DNA of 32,000 nucleotides from Trichodesmium erythraeum IMS101 (GTDB lineage Bacteria; Cyanobacteriota; Cyanobacteriia; Cyanobacteriales; Microcoleaceae): NCBI RefSeq assembly GCF_000014265.1, contig NC_008312.1, positions 1,290,001 to 1,322,000 of the forward strand, read 5' to 3'. Shown piece by piece: positions 22,665 to 32,000 of this stretch (position 1 is its first letter; each line of letters starts with the position of its first letter). The notes under the pieces were generated by a model. It saw only the letters and a program-made list of their open reading frames with translations, ran no database searches and was not told where the DNA came from. The position numbers and the translations under genes were made by a program.

Positions 22665-23981
22665 TCAAGAGAAAAAGCCCCAGGCAGGCTTTTCTTCAGC
22701 TTCATTAGTTGGTGGAGCCAACACAGTTAAACCATTAGGAATACACTCTACCTCAATAGGAGTAGTGCCAATAATTTCACCATCAAGCACAACTTTTTGG
22801 GGTGGATCTGCACTAACTTTAACCCTTTTTGTACGCAAAGCAATAGTATCTTCATGTTGAGTAGGAGTTTGAAAGATAGCCGAGCCGAACATTCTGACTC
22901 CAGCATTAACAGCCTGCAGTGTATTCTTAGAAGTAATGATCATTACTTCCAATAAACCATCATTCATAATTACCTTTCCCAAACCTTGGGCTAAAAATGA
23001 TGTAGGTGGAGCTGCATTAGCAATAGTAATAGCCCCAGCTTGGAAAGTTTTAGCTACACCATCAATTTCAATTTCAATATCAAAAAGTTGCTGTTCGGTG
23101 AGCTGCCGCCAACCTGCCATCATATATGCCAAAACTCCCCAACGGTTTTTAGCTTCCCGGTCTGCTCTTTCTATAGTTTCTGCTTCATATCCCACCCCTG
23201 CTAATAAAATCATAGTACGTTCATTGCAACGACCAACATCTATAACACGAGTTTTCCCTGCCAAGATTAGATCACAGGCACCTCTGATCGGCGCAATACT
23301 GGGAATGCCTAATGCCATACAAAACGCATTAGCTGTTCCCCTCGGAATTATACCCAGAGGGATATTTGTATTTACTAAAGCCCCAGCAACAGCAGAAACT
23401 GTCCCATCTCCTCCACAAGCAATAATTATATCTGCTTGTTTAGCGATCGCTAACTCCGTTAATTCTTCTGCAGTTTTTTCTGGGGTAGTTTGATGTATAT
23501 CTAAATGTAGATGAGGTTCGAGAAGTGATTTAATTAATAATAAATCTTGTTGAGCATTGCCCTTACCAGATATAGGGTTAAATATGAGGTGAGCAACAGT
23601 AGTTTGAATAAAACCCTTAATAATAATTTCCGCCGTAGCAATATTGATCGCAATAGGAACATTATGCACCTGACAAAGACGCAATAATAATTTGATATCA
23701 GGTTCATAAGACTGAGAAAATAAGTAGTCCACCAAACAAATAACAGCAACCACATTACCCGTAGTTACTTCTACAGCTAATTGAGCATCTCCTCCCAAGG
23801 GGCCTGCCAAGACAGAATTTATCTCTATATCTACCTCTTGTAAAATATATTGGGCAGTGCTTTCTGTCGCTACTAATTGATAGCGAGATAGTACAATTTT
23901 ATGTTTTTTGACAAATTCAACTAAGTTATCTTTTTTACTGTCATAAGCTAGTAAAGCAATAGTATTTCCCATAATTTTCAT
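22665..23981 (-). CDS. Fusion protein: N-terminal methylglyoxal-synthase-like (MGS-like) domain + diacylglycerol/lipid kinase catalytic domain (YegS/BmrU type)
   Basis: 438-aa ORF. The N-terminal IALLAYDSKKDNLVEF...LAGPLGGDAQ...NVPIAINIATAE is MGS-like. The central DIIIACGGDGTVSAVAGAL and GIIPRGTANAF are DAGK_cat motifs. Confidence 0.8.
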   Translation of the reverse strand: MKIMGNTIALLAYDSKKDNLVEFVKKHKIVLSRYQLVATESTAQYILQEVDIEINSVLAGPLGGDAQLAVEVTTGNVVAVICLVDYLFSQSYEPDIKLLLRLCQVHNVPIAINIATAEIIIKGFIQTTVAHLIFNPISGKGNAQQDLLLIKSLLEPHLHLDIHQTTPEKTAEELTELAIAKQADIIIACGGDGTVSAVAGALVNTNIPLGIIPRGTANAFCMALGIPSIAPIRGACDLILAGKTRVIDVGRCNERTMILLAGVGYEAETIERADREAKNRWGVLAYMMAGWRQLTEQQLFDIEIEIDGVAKTFQAGAITIANAAPPTSFLAQGLGKVIMNDGLLEVMIITSKNTLQAVNAGVRMFGSAIFQTPTQHEDTIALRTKRVKVSADPPQKVVLDGEIIGTTPIEVECIPNGLTVLAPPTNEAEEKPAWGFFS

Positions 23982-24886
23982 CCTAGAATTAACTGACTAT
24001 AGTGCTACGGGCAATTCAAAAGTTTAAAATTAAAAATTAAAAATTAAAAGTTAAAAATAATCTCTGACAGACTGTTGTTGTTAAGCTCTAATTTTAACTT
24101 AGCTTAAATAGTAAGCATTCAGCTATCAGCTATCAGCTAGAAGGAAAAATTCATCTCCAAGAATAATTAAAAGTCCGACAGGAAATAATATACAAATATT
24201 AACCTAAAAAGTAAATTATCTTCCTCAAGTATATCCTAAATTTTCGGAGCGATCGCTACTTAATTCTCAACCTGTAAAACTAACAATTTTTTTTTAGCAG
24301 TTTGGTAATATATTTTGTAAATTTACCCATCAGAATCAGCCAATAAAAATATTGCTAATTTTAGACAAGTAGCAAATACTGTAAATTTAAAAATCCCATT
24401 CTCATCTTCAATAAATTCTATATCTTTAATCATAATTTTTATAAGTCTATAAATTGACAAAAAACCAGAATTAAAAATTAAACTTTCATACTATTTTCCC
24501 AAATTTAATCATTAATATCTAGCATAAACTTCCTGTAGCTAGTGCTTTTATTACTTGTTCTATTTTTAGTAATATTTTATCAAAATAATTGAATACAGTT
24601 TTTCTGAATATCCTAGTTTATAGCCATACTAATATAAGTAGAATTAGATCAATTATAACTCCAACTACTAAAGCCAGTATTGAAAATAGCTATCGTTGTC
24701 GTAAGTAATAAGTTAATCAACAAAAAAAATTAGCAAAGCCATAAGAAAGCAGAATCATAGTTTCATGAATTTTATATACCCGAGAACCTTTCATGATTGA
24801 CATAGACTAGCTATTTTAAAATATCTATTATAGTTATCAGCAACTATGTTAGAATATTTTCAGAAAAATTTTATCGGGACATCAAA

Positions 24887-26677
24887 TTGCCAAAAAAAAC
24901 ATTAAAACCAAAACATCCCTTTCTCCGCTTACTCAACTATGGAAATGCTTATAAAGCTCAAACTTGGCAAGGGGTTATCTACTCAATTTTAAATAAAATA
25001 TTTGACCTAGCACCTCCAGTTTTAATCGGTGCAGCAGTAGACGTTGTAGTCAAAAAAGAAGATTCTCTAATCGCTAAATTTGGAATTCAAGATACCTTTA
25101 GCCAACTGCTAGCTTTAGCATTTTTGAGCTTAATTGTTTGGGGCTTAGAATCAATTTTTCAATATGCTTATCAACGACTTTGGCGAAATTTAGCTCAGAA
25201 TATTCAGCATAATTTACGCATTGAAGCTTACAGTCATTTACAAGATTTAGAATTAGCCTACTTTGAAGAACGTAGTACAGGCAATTTAATGACAATTTTA
25301 AATGATGATATTAACCAGTTAGAAAGATTTTTAGACGTAGGGGCCAATAAAATAATTCAAGTCACAGTAACAGTAATAATTATTGGTAGTGCTTTCTTTG
25401 TTTTAGTTCCTAGCTTTGCTTTGTGGGCAGTGTTACCTATGCCTTTTATTATTTGGGCTTCAACTTGGTTTAAAAATTTTCTGGCTCCTCGTTATGCTGA
25501 AGTTCGAGAAAAAGTTAGTTTATTAAATAGTCAATTATCTAATAATCTCTCAGGAATTACCACAATAAAAAGCTTCACAGCCGAAACTTATGAAGTAGGA
25601 AGAATTACTAGAAATAGTAATGCTTATAAAAGCAAAAATACAAAGGCGATCGCTTTTTCTGCTGCTTTTGTACCCCTAATTAGAATTATAATTTTTATCG
25701 CTTTTGTAGCAACTTTATTATTAGGAGGATTAGAAGCAGTTGATGGTAGATTAGCCGTAGGTACTTATAGTATCATGGTATTTTTAACTCAACGATTATT
25801 ATGGCCTTTAACTAGTTTAGGAGAAACTCTTGATTTATATCAAAGAAGCATGGCTTCCATAAATAGGGTGATGAACTTATTAGATACTCCAATTACCATT
25901 CATCCCGGAGATAAACCTTTATCTGTTGAGTTTATTAAGGGAGAATTAGAATTAGAAAATGTGACTTTTTCCTATCAGAAAAATTTTCCAACCATACAAA
26001 ATATTTCCATGAAAATTCCAGCAGGAAAAACCATTGGAATTGTCGGCTCAACAGGTTCCGGAAAAAGTACTATCGTCAAATTATTACTGAGATTTTATGA
26101 AATTCAATCAGGCAAAATAACTCTTGATGGAATTGAAATAAATCAAATTAATTTACAAGATTTAAGACGTGCAATAGGTTTAGTTAGTCAGGATATATTT
26201 CTATTTCATGGAACTGTGATAGAAAATATTAGTTATGGGAGTTTTGATGCAACTTTGTCAGAGATTATTGCAGCAGCTAAAATTGCTGAAGCAGATAATT
26301 TTATTAATAAGTTACCCCAGGGTTACGATACTATTATTGGGGAAAGAGGACAAAAATTATCAGGAGGTCAAAGACAACGAATTGCTCTGGCTAGAGCAGT
26401 GTTAAAAAATCCTCCTATTTTGATACTTGATGAAGCAACTTCAGCAGTGGATAATGAAACTGAAGCAGCGATTCAAAAATCTTTAGAAAAAATCACTCAA
26501 AATCGGACAACTATTGCCATTGCCCATCGTCTTTCAACTATTAGAAATGCTGATTGTATTTATGTGATGGAACATGGCCAAATAGTAGAAGTTGGTCGTC
26601 ATGAAGAACTATTAAAAAAATCAGGAACTTATTCTACTTTATGGCGCGTACAATCTGGTTTAAAATTAGTAAGCTAG
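24887..26677 (+). CDS. ABC exporter, fused permease + ATPase (MsbA/MdlB-like half transporter)
   Basis: 596-aa ORF with a TTG start. N-terminal six-helix-type membrane domain, Walker A GSTGSGKST, signature LSGGQRQR and Walker B ILILDEATS. Confidence 0.9.
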   Translation: MPKKTLKPKHPFLRLLNYGNAYKAQTWQGVIYSILNKIFDLAPPVLIGAAVDVVVKKEDSLIAKFGIQDTFSQLLALAFLSLIVWGLESIFQYAYQRLWRNLAQNIQHNLRIEAYSHLQDLELAYFEERSTGNLMTILNDDINQLERFLDVGANKIIQVTVTVIIIGSAFFVLVPSFALWAVLPMPFIIWASTWFKNFLAPRYAEVREKVSLLNSQLSNNLSGITTIKSFTAETYEVGRITRNSNAYKSKNTKAIAFSAAFVPLIRIIIFIAFVATLLLGGLEAVDGRLAVGTYSIMVFLTQRLLWPLTSLGETLDLYQRSMASINRVMNLLDTPITIHPGDKPLSVEFIKGELELENVTFSYQKNFPTIQNISMKIPAGKTIGIVGSTGSGKSTIVKLLLRFYEIQSGKITLDGIEINQINLQDLRRAIGLVSQDIFLFHGTVIENISYGSFDATLSEIIAAAKIAEADNFINKLPQGYDTIIGERGQKLSGGQRQRIALARAVLKNPPILILDEATSAVDNETEAAIQKSLEKITQNRTTIAIAHRLSTIRNADCIYVMEHGQIVEVGRHEELLKKSGTYSTLWRVQSGLKLVS

Positions 26678-26901
26678 TAAATTTAAGGAAGGCAGAAAGG
26701 AGAAGGCAACAATTAATAAAACACTATAAGAAAAAAACTTTTTTTCACAGTCTTATCTTAGCATGATGTCATACAAATTTCCATGTATTAATGCTATAAT
26801 TAGGTAAAATTTTTAGTCATTAAGTAGTTATACAACAACAATTATTTTATTGTTAATTTAAGCGAAATTAATACTAATTATTCTTATGTTAAATTTTACC
26901 A

Positions 26902-26928
26902 GACTAAAATGACTAAAATGACTAAAAT
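26902..26928 (+). repeat. 9-bp tandem repeat GACTAAAAT x3
   Basis: Read directly from the sequence, in the intergenic region upstream of 27053-27484. Confidence 0.9.
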
Positions 26929-27052
26929 ACAGTTTTTTTCTTCTTTTTTATTCACTGTTTTATCCTAGAGAAGCTGTATAAAAATTACCTCTCTAATCCC
27001 TAATATGACTCTAATATTTATCAATAAAACTATTTTACTCTAAATATAAATT

Positions 27053-27484
27053 ATGATGACATTTAATAATAATCTACCCCAAAAAAATCAAAATAACTGG
27101 CAACATCAGTTAGATAAATTTGTGAAAGCTAATCAAAAAGAATTAGCAGCTTTAGCATGGGGTTTAAAACTAGAAAACGGAGAAACTGATGAAACAATTG
27201 GAATTGATTTAAAAGAAACACCAAAATTTGTATATTGTTCAAAAGCAGCCATAGAAACATTAAACCGCAACGTTGATGGTAAAATTCAGGAAATATTAGG
27301 CTTAATAGATGGTTATAAACCAGAAATAGAAGTATTAATGATTGCCATTGGTGACAGTCAAATTAAATTGGTTTACTTTCAACCAGAAATATCACCACCT
27401 AATTGTTTTGAACAATTGGGTCATAACCTTGATGCTTTATTAGAAATATTAGAAACAGGAATGAGTCAATTTATCAACCTGTAA
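27053..27484 (+). CDS. Hypothetical 143-aa protein
   Basis: Isolated ORF with plausible coding composition. I recognise no diagnostic motif. Confidence 0.6.
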   Translation: MMTFNNNLPQKNQNNWQHQLDKFVKANQKELAALAWGLKLENGETDETIGIDLKETPKFVYCSKAAIETLNRNVDGKIQEILGLIDGYKPEIEVLMIAIGDSQIKLVYFQPEISPPNCFEQLGHNLDALLEILETGMSQFINL

Positions 27485-27708
27485 AATAGTCATTAGTTAG
27501 TATCCAAATATCATCTTTAGAGAATCAGTTTTAATGAAGCTATAAGTTATAATTAAGAATTTCAATTCTGACTTAATTATTTTGATAAAAGGGATAGCAC
27601 AACCAAATTTAAGGCAAGAAAATGAGAGAGAAGAAAAGTATATAAAAAATCAGATAGTTACACACTAATACAAATTTAATAAATATTTGCTACAGTCCCT
27701 TGAATAAG

Positions 27709-27748
27709 GTAGTCTGGGTAGAGACGTTGTCTGCAACGTCCCTACAAA
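27709..27748 (-). mobile_element. Partial, inverted copy of the MITE-like hairpin repeat
   Basis: GTAGAGACGTTG-TCTG-CAACGTCCCTAC hairpin (27718-27745), related to the stem of copy A at 4261-4288. Confidence 0.45.
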
Positions 27749-28025
27749 ATAAAAATCATTAACATTAACTAGTTAATAACTATGAAAAAGGTGATTCTAA
27801 CTATTTTAACTACTTAATAATTAAACTTTCCCCCAAGCATAGTATTCTTTTTTTCACCCTCAGTATTCACACACAACCAAAATACCGGGTTTATTGCCCT
27901 GGTTCTTCCTTTTTAAATCACGAAACTTTCTAGATCAACCCATATTAACCAGATTTCTTCTTAAGTCCTAACTAGACATACAAACTAGAAATTCGGCTGT
28001 ATATTCAGCAATTTAAATTATCCGC

Positions 28026-28814
28026 TTATCCTATTTTTTCACTATTTTGCTTAATCTCCTGAATTAGCTTTGATACTTTAGCAGGTTCCATTGCTACTAT
28101 TTCTGGTGCTAGAACAGAAGGCCAAGCCTTTTTCAATTTAGCCATATCTGCTTGTATTTTTCCATCAATATCAGAATATTTACTCCCCATTGTATCAGCT
28201 ATATTTTTGTATAGAATCTCTGCATAATCAACAAATCCTCGTGAGTCTTGATACTCAATAACTTCCACAATTTTTCCATCAAGAATTGCTGCTTCATATT
28301 CTGCTCCAGCAGTATCTAATAATTCATTAATTACCTGTAATACAAATTTTGGATTTTGACGCTTTTTACTAGGCAAATTTGAAATAGCTCCATCAATCTC
28401 TTCCATAGTTTGTTGATACATACTGTTAAATTTATTAGTATCCTTAGCACCAGCTATCACCAAATCATGTAAATTATTTAAGCTATTTTTGAATTGTTTA
28501 ATACCACGATCATTTAGCTCATTTTCAATATCTATATACAATTCTTCTATAGGATGAGCAAAATGAGGTTCTGCCTCCTTTTCTTCTTGGGCTACAATTA
28601 ATTCTTTGCCTACTAATAAATGCCCTTTCATTAATCCTAAATTACTCATATAGTCAATATCTTTACTTTCAGGAGAAACGGCAATACTTGGAGTCCCTAA
28701 AAACATAGAATTATTACTCACAGTTTCTTGAATATTAGGATGAAAAACTATAGCTAATAAAGTAGCAAGAAATCCCACCAAAAAATAACGTAAAATAGTG
28801 TTAATATTCATCAT
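28026..28814 (-). CDS. Membrane-anchored helical hypothetical protein, apparently operonic with the multicopper oxidase
   Basis: 262-aa ORF with an N-terminal hydrophobic anchor ILRYFLVGFLATLLAIVF. Lies 42 bp downstream of the oxidase gene on the same strand. Confidence 0.7.
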   Translation of the reverse strand: MMNINTILRYFLVGFLATLLAIVFHPNIQETVSNNSMFLGTPSIAVSPESKDIDYMSNLGLMKGHLLVGKELIVAQEEKEAEPHFAHPIEELYIDIENELNDRGIKQFKNSLNNLHDLVIAGAKDTNKFNSMYQQTMEEIDGAISNLPSKKRQNPKFVLQVINELLDTAGAEYEAAILDGKIVEVIEYQDSRGFVDYAEILYKNIADTMGSKYSDIDGKIQADMAKLKKAWPSVLAPEIVAMEPAKVSKLIQEIKQNSEKIG

Positions 28815-28856
28815 AATTAATAACCATCAAATTCAGTTAATAATTTGCTCAAATTT

Positions 28857-29852
28857 TTATGCCTGAGGCAAAACCTCAAATAAACCAATACAACCACTTT
28901 CCGCGATCGCATCTTGGTGAGGATGAAACATATATTTACCAGGGAAGGAATAGTAAAATTCGAGAATATGTCTTTCAGAAGTTCCCATAGTAACTACATC
29001 TGTTTTTTGCCATGGTTTAACAGTCATACCAGTAGGATAAACCTGGAAAAAATTTCCATGAATATGAAATGTTGCAGCAGAGTCAAACTCAATCATATTC
29101 AGTATATACAAACGCACCAGTTTATTTTGCTGTATCAGTATTGGATGGGTTTTGTAATAGTTTGGCAAACCATTAAAAGCATAAAGCTCATTTTTGCCAT
29201 CATTGTTAGTATCATAACCTCCCATTACCAATACTATCTCATCAGCAGGGGGACGACCTTCGGGAGGATCGATAATAAACATACCGTACAACCCTTTGCT
29301 AATATGACGAGTCACTGGAGTAATATGGCAATGATAGAGATGAACCCCAAAAGGTCGAGCATCAAATTCATAAACTGTTGTTTTGCCATGGCGTACTGGT
29401 CGTACTCCATCTGCTTCTGCTGGATGAATACCGTGAAAGTGCATCGTATGAGCATGACCACCTTCATTCTCAAAAATAATTCGTACTCGCTCCCCTGCTG
29501 TTGCTCTCAGTGTTGGCCCAGGAACACGACCATTATAGTTCCAACTAATTAAGGATACTGCTTGATTTAGTTGTAATTTAGAATTAATTGCTTTAATCTG
29601 AAATTCCCTGATTTTGCGACCATTTTCTTCTTTGAGCATGCCATAATCAAAATCCCGCAGAGTATTCATAGGATCTAGTTCTATGGCATTTATGGCAGCC
29701 TGGGCCTTAAGTGATGACGACAATAAAGGTAGAATATGTTGAGTACTGATGCCAGCTAAAGTGACACCAGTACCAACTATTCCTAACTTTAGGAATTGCC
29801 GTCTGTTCCAAAATTCCGATTTTTCTGGCTTTGGAAGAGGAAGATTGGCCAT
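28857..29852 (-). CDS. Tat-exported two-domain multicopper oxidase (cupredoxin family)
   Basis: 331-aa ORF. Twin-arginine motif NRRQFLKLG and copper-ligand motifs HTMHFHGIH, HLYHCHITPVTRH (H-C-H) and MFHPHQD. The size fits two cupredoxin domains. Confidence 0.85.
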   Translation of the reverse strand: MANLPLPKPEKSEFWNRRQFLKLGIVGTGVTLAGISTQHILPLLSSSLKAQAAINAIELDPMNTLRDFDYGMLKEENGRKIREFQIKAINSKLQLNQAVSLISWNYNGRVPGPTLRATAGERVRIIFENEGGHAHTMHFHGIHPAEADGVRPVRHGKTTVYEFDARPFGVHLYHCHITPVTRHISKGLYGMFIIDPPEGRPPADEIVLVMGGYDTNNDGKNELYAFNGLPNYYKTHPILIQQNKLVRLYILNMIEFDSAATFHIHGNFFQVYPTGMTVKPWQKTDVVTMGTSERHILEFYYSFPGKYMFHPHQDAIAESGCIGLFEVLPQA

Positions 29853-30188
29853 AGCTCTCTCACAATTATTGATAATTATTTTTAATAAACTGAAAACTAT
29901 TATATAGCTTATTGAAGTTTTTATCTATATTAGGTAAGTCCAAAACTTATGGAGTGCCCCTATATATGCTCTATAACTACATAATTTCCTCATTTTTCAC
30001 AGATAACCACTACAATTATTATAATTGCCTAAGTCCTGTAAGCCGACATAATTAAAATACTAAATAATAATTATTATTATTGTTATCTACTTTTTTTTCA
30101 ATTACAAATTGACCTGCTGAATATGGGCTAGAAAACAAAAAATTCTCCACTGATAAACTGAGTCTTAATTTAATTGAGGATAATCAGA

Positions 30189-32000
30189 TTAAAATATAAT
30201 ATCATCATTAAAATTATCCCCTTCATTTTCTTCTGGTTCATCTATACCAACATGGCTATTTTTAGATTTTTGACTCTGAACATCAATAGATAAATCAGAA
30301 GACTCAGATGTTGCAGGTAAATCAGTTTTATCTGCTTGATCTATTTTATCTGGCAATTTAATTGATTTTATATCTACTATTTCTCCCTTAAAAAAATTAA
30401 CTATCCGACGAGTAGCGATCGCCACAGAATCTCTTTTTCCTTCAGGATATTTTTCCTTTTCTACCAAATCATTCAAAGGTGAATTAGGCAGAGAAAAATT
30501 TGGGGTAGTTTTCTTTTCTTTCTGGGAGTTGCTCGGATAGGAAACTGGGAAATTTTCTGGTTCATCTTCGGCAATTTTATCATCATAATTAGAGTTTTCT
30601 TGCCTTAGCTTATTATTACTGTTTAGCCTTTCTCTTGGACTATGATTCGGATAAATATTTTCACGAAAACTATGCTGTTTTTGTTGAGAATTTTTTACCT
30701 CTACTTTTACTTTTACCGAAGTCTGAAAAATTTTCTCAAACGCAGCTTCAATATTAGGAATTTTATGAATAACCATTTTCTCTAAATTCTTAGAGCTAAT
30801 ACCAATACGCGCCAGTTCATTATTATACCCTAATAATATGACTTGTTGACTTAATAAAGCTTGTGTACTGTGTGGTTTAACTTCTGCTAGAACTTTTTCC
30901 CAAATATTCTGTAATTCTGATTCATTCTTAATCTTGTCAGTTTCTAATGAATCTGACGAAGATTTTTTTGCTGTATCATTAGTTGAAGAAGTAAAAAAAT
31001 CTTCACTTTTAGGAGCAATAGGAACTTCTTTAGAAACTTCTTTTGGTTCTGAGATTTGCTGTTTTGGTTTTTCAGAAATCGGTTTTTTTGTCAGGGGTTG
31101 TGATAAATTTTTGGAAGTATTTTTAACAGAAACATTCTGACTTATATCTCTAGTTTCTTGTTTTTCCAACTGGTTAAATTTCGGTAATGCAGAAGGTAAT
31201 AACCCTAATAAAGTTACCTCCAACCATAAACGAGGTTGAGTAGTATTTTTAATTTGTACTTCCGATGTTTGTAAATGCTTTTGACCAGCTAAAATAGTTC
31301 CAATATCCCAGTCTTGAGAAAATTGACAAAGCTTTTCCCAAGTAGGTTTTGTCAAGGCTACTAAATTTTTACTTGTTGGTGCTGTTTTTGCTATCAATAA
31401 ATCTCGGTAAAACCCTGCCAAATTTTGCAATACAATAATTGGTTCCTTACCCCGATCCATAATTTGGCGAGTGCACTTCAATACTTTTATGGAATTATCC
31501 GCAGCGATCGCTTCTACCAGTACCATTAAATCTCGTTCCGGCACCGCCCCCACCAGATCCCAAACTCGTTCAACCGTAATTTCTCCTGCCAACAAACTCA
31601 ACTGATCTAGCAAACTCTCTGCATCTCTTAACCCACCCTGAGCAATTTGAGCTATCATCTGTATCGCTTCAGTTGTAATATCAATTTTTTCCTCAATAGC
31701 AATATGATGTAAATGCTTGACCATTGCTTCAAGAGGAATTCGGCGAAAGTCAAAACGTTGGCAACGGGAAATAATAGTTGCTAAGACTCTCTGTGGATCT
31801 GTAGTAGCCAGGATAAATACTACTCCCTTTGGCGGTTCCTCCAAAGTTTTCAGTAAAGCATTGAAGGCAGACACAGACAACATGTGGACTTCATCTATCA
31901 CATATACTTTATAGCGACACTGCACAGGTGCAAACTGGGATCTTTCAATTAATTCCCTAATGTTGTCCACACCAGTATTGCTAGCAGCATCAATTTCTAT
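30189..32000 (-). CDS. dnaX: DNA polymerase III subunit gamma/tau; N-terminus lies beyond the window
   Basis: The reverse strand stays open to nt 32000 (IEIDAASNTGVDNIRELIE...), followed by VYVIDEVHMLS (Walker B), FNALLKTLEEPP, ATTDPQRVLATIISRCQRFDF (sensor/SRC motif) and a long low-complexity C-terminal half. Confidence 0.9.
   Translation of the reverse strand: MEIDAASNTGVDNIRELIERSQFAPVQCRYKVYVIDEVHMLSVSAFNALLKTLEEPPKGVVFILATTDPQRVLATIISRCQRFDFRRIPLEAMVKHLHHIAIEEKIDITTEAIQMIAQIAQGGLRDAESLLDQLSLLAGEITVERVWDLVGAVPERDLMVLVEAIAADNSIKVLKCTRQIMDRGKEPIIVLQNLAGFYRDLLIAKTAPTSKNLVALTKPTWEKLCQFSQDWDIGTILAGQKHLQTSEVQIKNTTQPRLWLEVTLLGLLPSALPKFNQLEKQETRDISQNVSVKNTSKNLSQPLTKKPISEKPKQQISEPKEVSKEVPIAPKSEDFFTSSTNDTAKKSSSDSLETDKIKNESELQNIWEKVLAEVKPHSTQALLSQQVILLGYNNELARIGISSKNLEKMVIHKIPNIEAAFEKIFQTSVKVKVEVKNSQQKQHSFRENIYPNHSPRERLNSNNKLRQENSNYDDKIAEDEPENFPVSYPSNSQKEKKTTPNFSLPNSPLNDLVEKEKYPEGKRDSVAIATRRIVNFFKGEIVDIKSIKLPDKIDQADKTDLPATSESSDLSIDVQSQKSKNSHVGIDEPEENEGDNFNDDIIF

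Noticed and set aside
27053-27484. Temptation to name the 143-aa protein as a known small cyanobacterial assembly factor
   Set aside because: I cannot recall a diagnostic motif with confidence, so it stays as hypothetical.
1-32000. Over-representation of the palindrome GCGATCGC (I located at least 16 copies, for example near 418, 6240, 8701, 16449, 20829 and 31504)
   Set aside because: This is the well-known cyanobacterial HIP1 element. It is useful for taxonomic inference but is not a novel feature.
1-32000. Search for tRNA, rRNA, tmRNA or other structured RNA genes
   Set aside because: I found no T-loop/acceptor-type signatures (GGTTCGAATCC-like) and no rRNA-like conserved blocks. Absence cannot be proven without tRNAscan-SE or Infernal.

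Overview
AT-rich window with at least 16 copies of the HIP1 octamer GCGATCGC and several heptamer STRR-like tandem repeats, which points to a filamentous (Nostocales-type) cyanobacterium. The right third (22.6-32 kb) looks ordinary: an MGS-like/diacylglycerol-kinase fusion protein, an ABC exporter, a small hypothetical protein, a Tat-exported two-domain multicopper oxidase with a membrane-anchored partner, and dnaX, which runs off the window. The left two thirds is an accessory, conflict-type island carrying MITE-like hairpin repeats, an internally deleted IS1-type element and two pseudogenes. It contains five groups. (i) A partial HTH + AAA-like ATPase. (ii) Two tandem cassettes encoding a cPLA2/patatin-like phospholipase and a MACPF pore-former; they share a ~170-nt upstream element and a near-identical C-terminal beta-trefoil-like module. 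(iii) A vWA protein, a decayed copy of an FHA-like gene, a PD-(D/E)xK-motif protein and a polytopic membrane FHA-like protein. (iv) At the window centre, an operon of two paralogous, divergent Ras-like P-loop NTPases plus a 726-aa single-pass helical partner. (v) Divergently transcribed from (iv), a 1332-aa HEAT-repeat/TM/NACHT NLR-like protein whose 13 x 99-bp repeats differ only at a few positions, all non-synonymous as far as I could read. I rate (iv)+(v), possibly with (ii) as effectors, as the best candidate for an uncharacterised system. All family assignments come from motif recognition by eye on the supplied translations and sequence; no database search was run.
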